Part shown: positions 62,884-64,000 of the stretch, one piece after another
How the letters are laid out: each line of letters begins with the position of its first letter
How positions within the stretch are numbered: the first letter of the stretch is position 1
Source: Flectonema sp. DT1601
Taxonomy: Eukaryota
Assembly: GCA_964019425.1 (NCBI GenBank)
Contig: OZ025797.1
Coordinates: 1,302,001-1,366,000, forward strand
Direction of reading: 5' to 3'
DNA: 64,000 nucleotides
The notes under the pieces: model-generated
What the model saw: only the letters and a program-made list of their open reading frames with translations
The model's database searches: none
Told to the model about the DNA's origin: nothing
Position numbers and translations under genes: made by a program

Positions 62884-64000
62884 TAATGTAAAAAAACCCG
62901 CAAACCCGCACTAGAGATACCCGTCGAGGCTCGCTTCGCTCGCTTTGTTTTGTTTTTGTTTTTTTGAATTCAACTTGTTTTTCCTTTGGTTGAGTATGCT
63001 AAAATGACAACGATGGCTGGGTTATTATAATGGATATGTGGATTATTTCAAGTTAACCATTTTTTTCCAGCTGCATTTTTCTTCTGGTGCCTTACACAGC
63101 AAAAAAAGCAACCGAATTTTGTTCTACCACCAAGTGGAAAAAACCGCACTAATTTTTTCTCAAAAAAACCGCACTAATTTTTCCGCGCAGTAATATTTCC
63201 CCGCAGTAATTATTCAGCGCAGTAATATTTCCAGTTGCAGTATTATTCCTTACTTGGCCTATTCCATCGTCAGTCATTGCCCCCGCGTCATAGAACACCG
63301 GGTAGCCTGTCGTATGTGGTTGTATCTGAGAAAGGGATTTTTCAAGGAGTACAAATTCCTTAGTTTTTCTTCCTCTCTTCTGGTAGCAATGCAAAATTTC
63401 TTTTTGCTTCTTTAGCTATTGCAGTTGCAACACTGACCTCAAAACAGTAGTGTTAGTTAGTTACAACACACAGTTAACATTATTTCAAATGCAGACATCA
63501 GTAATGGGAAAATATTGTTATCGCTCGAAAAGTATGATAAGCAGAAATCGTGTTAGAGGGGAAGACATTATAGAAACTCTTAATACATTCTAGTCTCTCG
63601 CGTGGTTAACCCAAGGCTTCAGGGGCCTCTGTCCAGTTAAAGTCACAAACTTTCATGTCGGTTTTCAGTCACTGCTGGTGTTAAAGATAAGTGCTGCTAC
63701 AGGGCACTCAACCTGTAGTACGTGGCCCCCGAATCCCCATATTCGACAGCACATATGGGATTTTTTATCGATAGCAACTGTTGATTTCTTATATTGCAAC
63801 CTGGTTTGGCCGAACCCTATTCTCGTTTTTGCCAGTTTCAAGTTGCTTTCTATTTTATATTAGTATCAAGTTACCCCCAACACAGCTCTTATCGCTAAGC
63901 AAGTAGTAAAATGGCTAGCAGAGTGAACTCGAAGAACGAGGAGTCCCATGGGAAGGTGAATGACCATGTGCTGCATGCCAGAAGAAAGGGTGATGGTGTA

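Larger units (their letters stand above)
44961..64000 (+). repeat. Head-to-tail tandem array of a 3661-bp unit (5 full copies plus a partial copy, continuing past the window)
   Basis: Unit starts (TATTATTCCTTACTTGG) at 44961, 48622, 52283, 55944, 59580 and 63241. ORF translations are identical. Unit 4 is 3636 bp (25-bp deletion). Confidence 0.98.

Overview
Eukaryotic, AT-rich genomic DNA, most likely euglenozoan (a diplonemid-like protist is my inference from the beta-tubulin, the co-oriented genes and the frequent short GT-AG introns). All credible genes lie on the + strand. Bases 1-44.9 kb hold about 17 ordinary genes: a TRF4-like nucleotidyltransferase lacking two catalytic Asp, an AlkB-like/RS protein, QSOX, a plant-type sPLA2, SMC4, NCX, beta-tubulin, a double sulfotransferase, a RING E3, a Cys-rich Ctr copper transporter, a GDPGP1/VTC2-like enzyme, an LVIVD protein and several hypotheticals. 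From 44961 to the window end there is a head-to-tail array of more than 5 near-identical 3661-bp units. Each unit encodes a spliced ~743-aa protein with a helical header, a STAND-like NTPase and a PD-(D/E)xK-like nuclease (Crinkler/RHS-type architecture), plus a Helitron-like 3' terminus and subterminal-like short repeats. Other signals are a putative non-coding micro-exon/hairpin-intron locus (~11.4-12.3 kb), a candidate multi-branched structured RNA (~40.5-40.7 kb), and introns with U/G-rich 5' halves and A/C-rich 3' halves. All splice models and RNA folds were worked out by eye.
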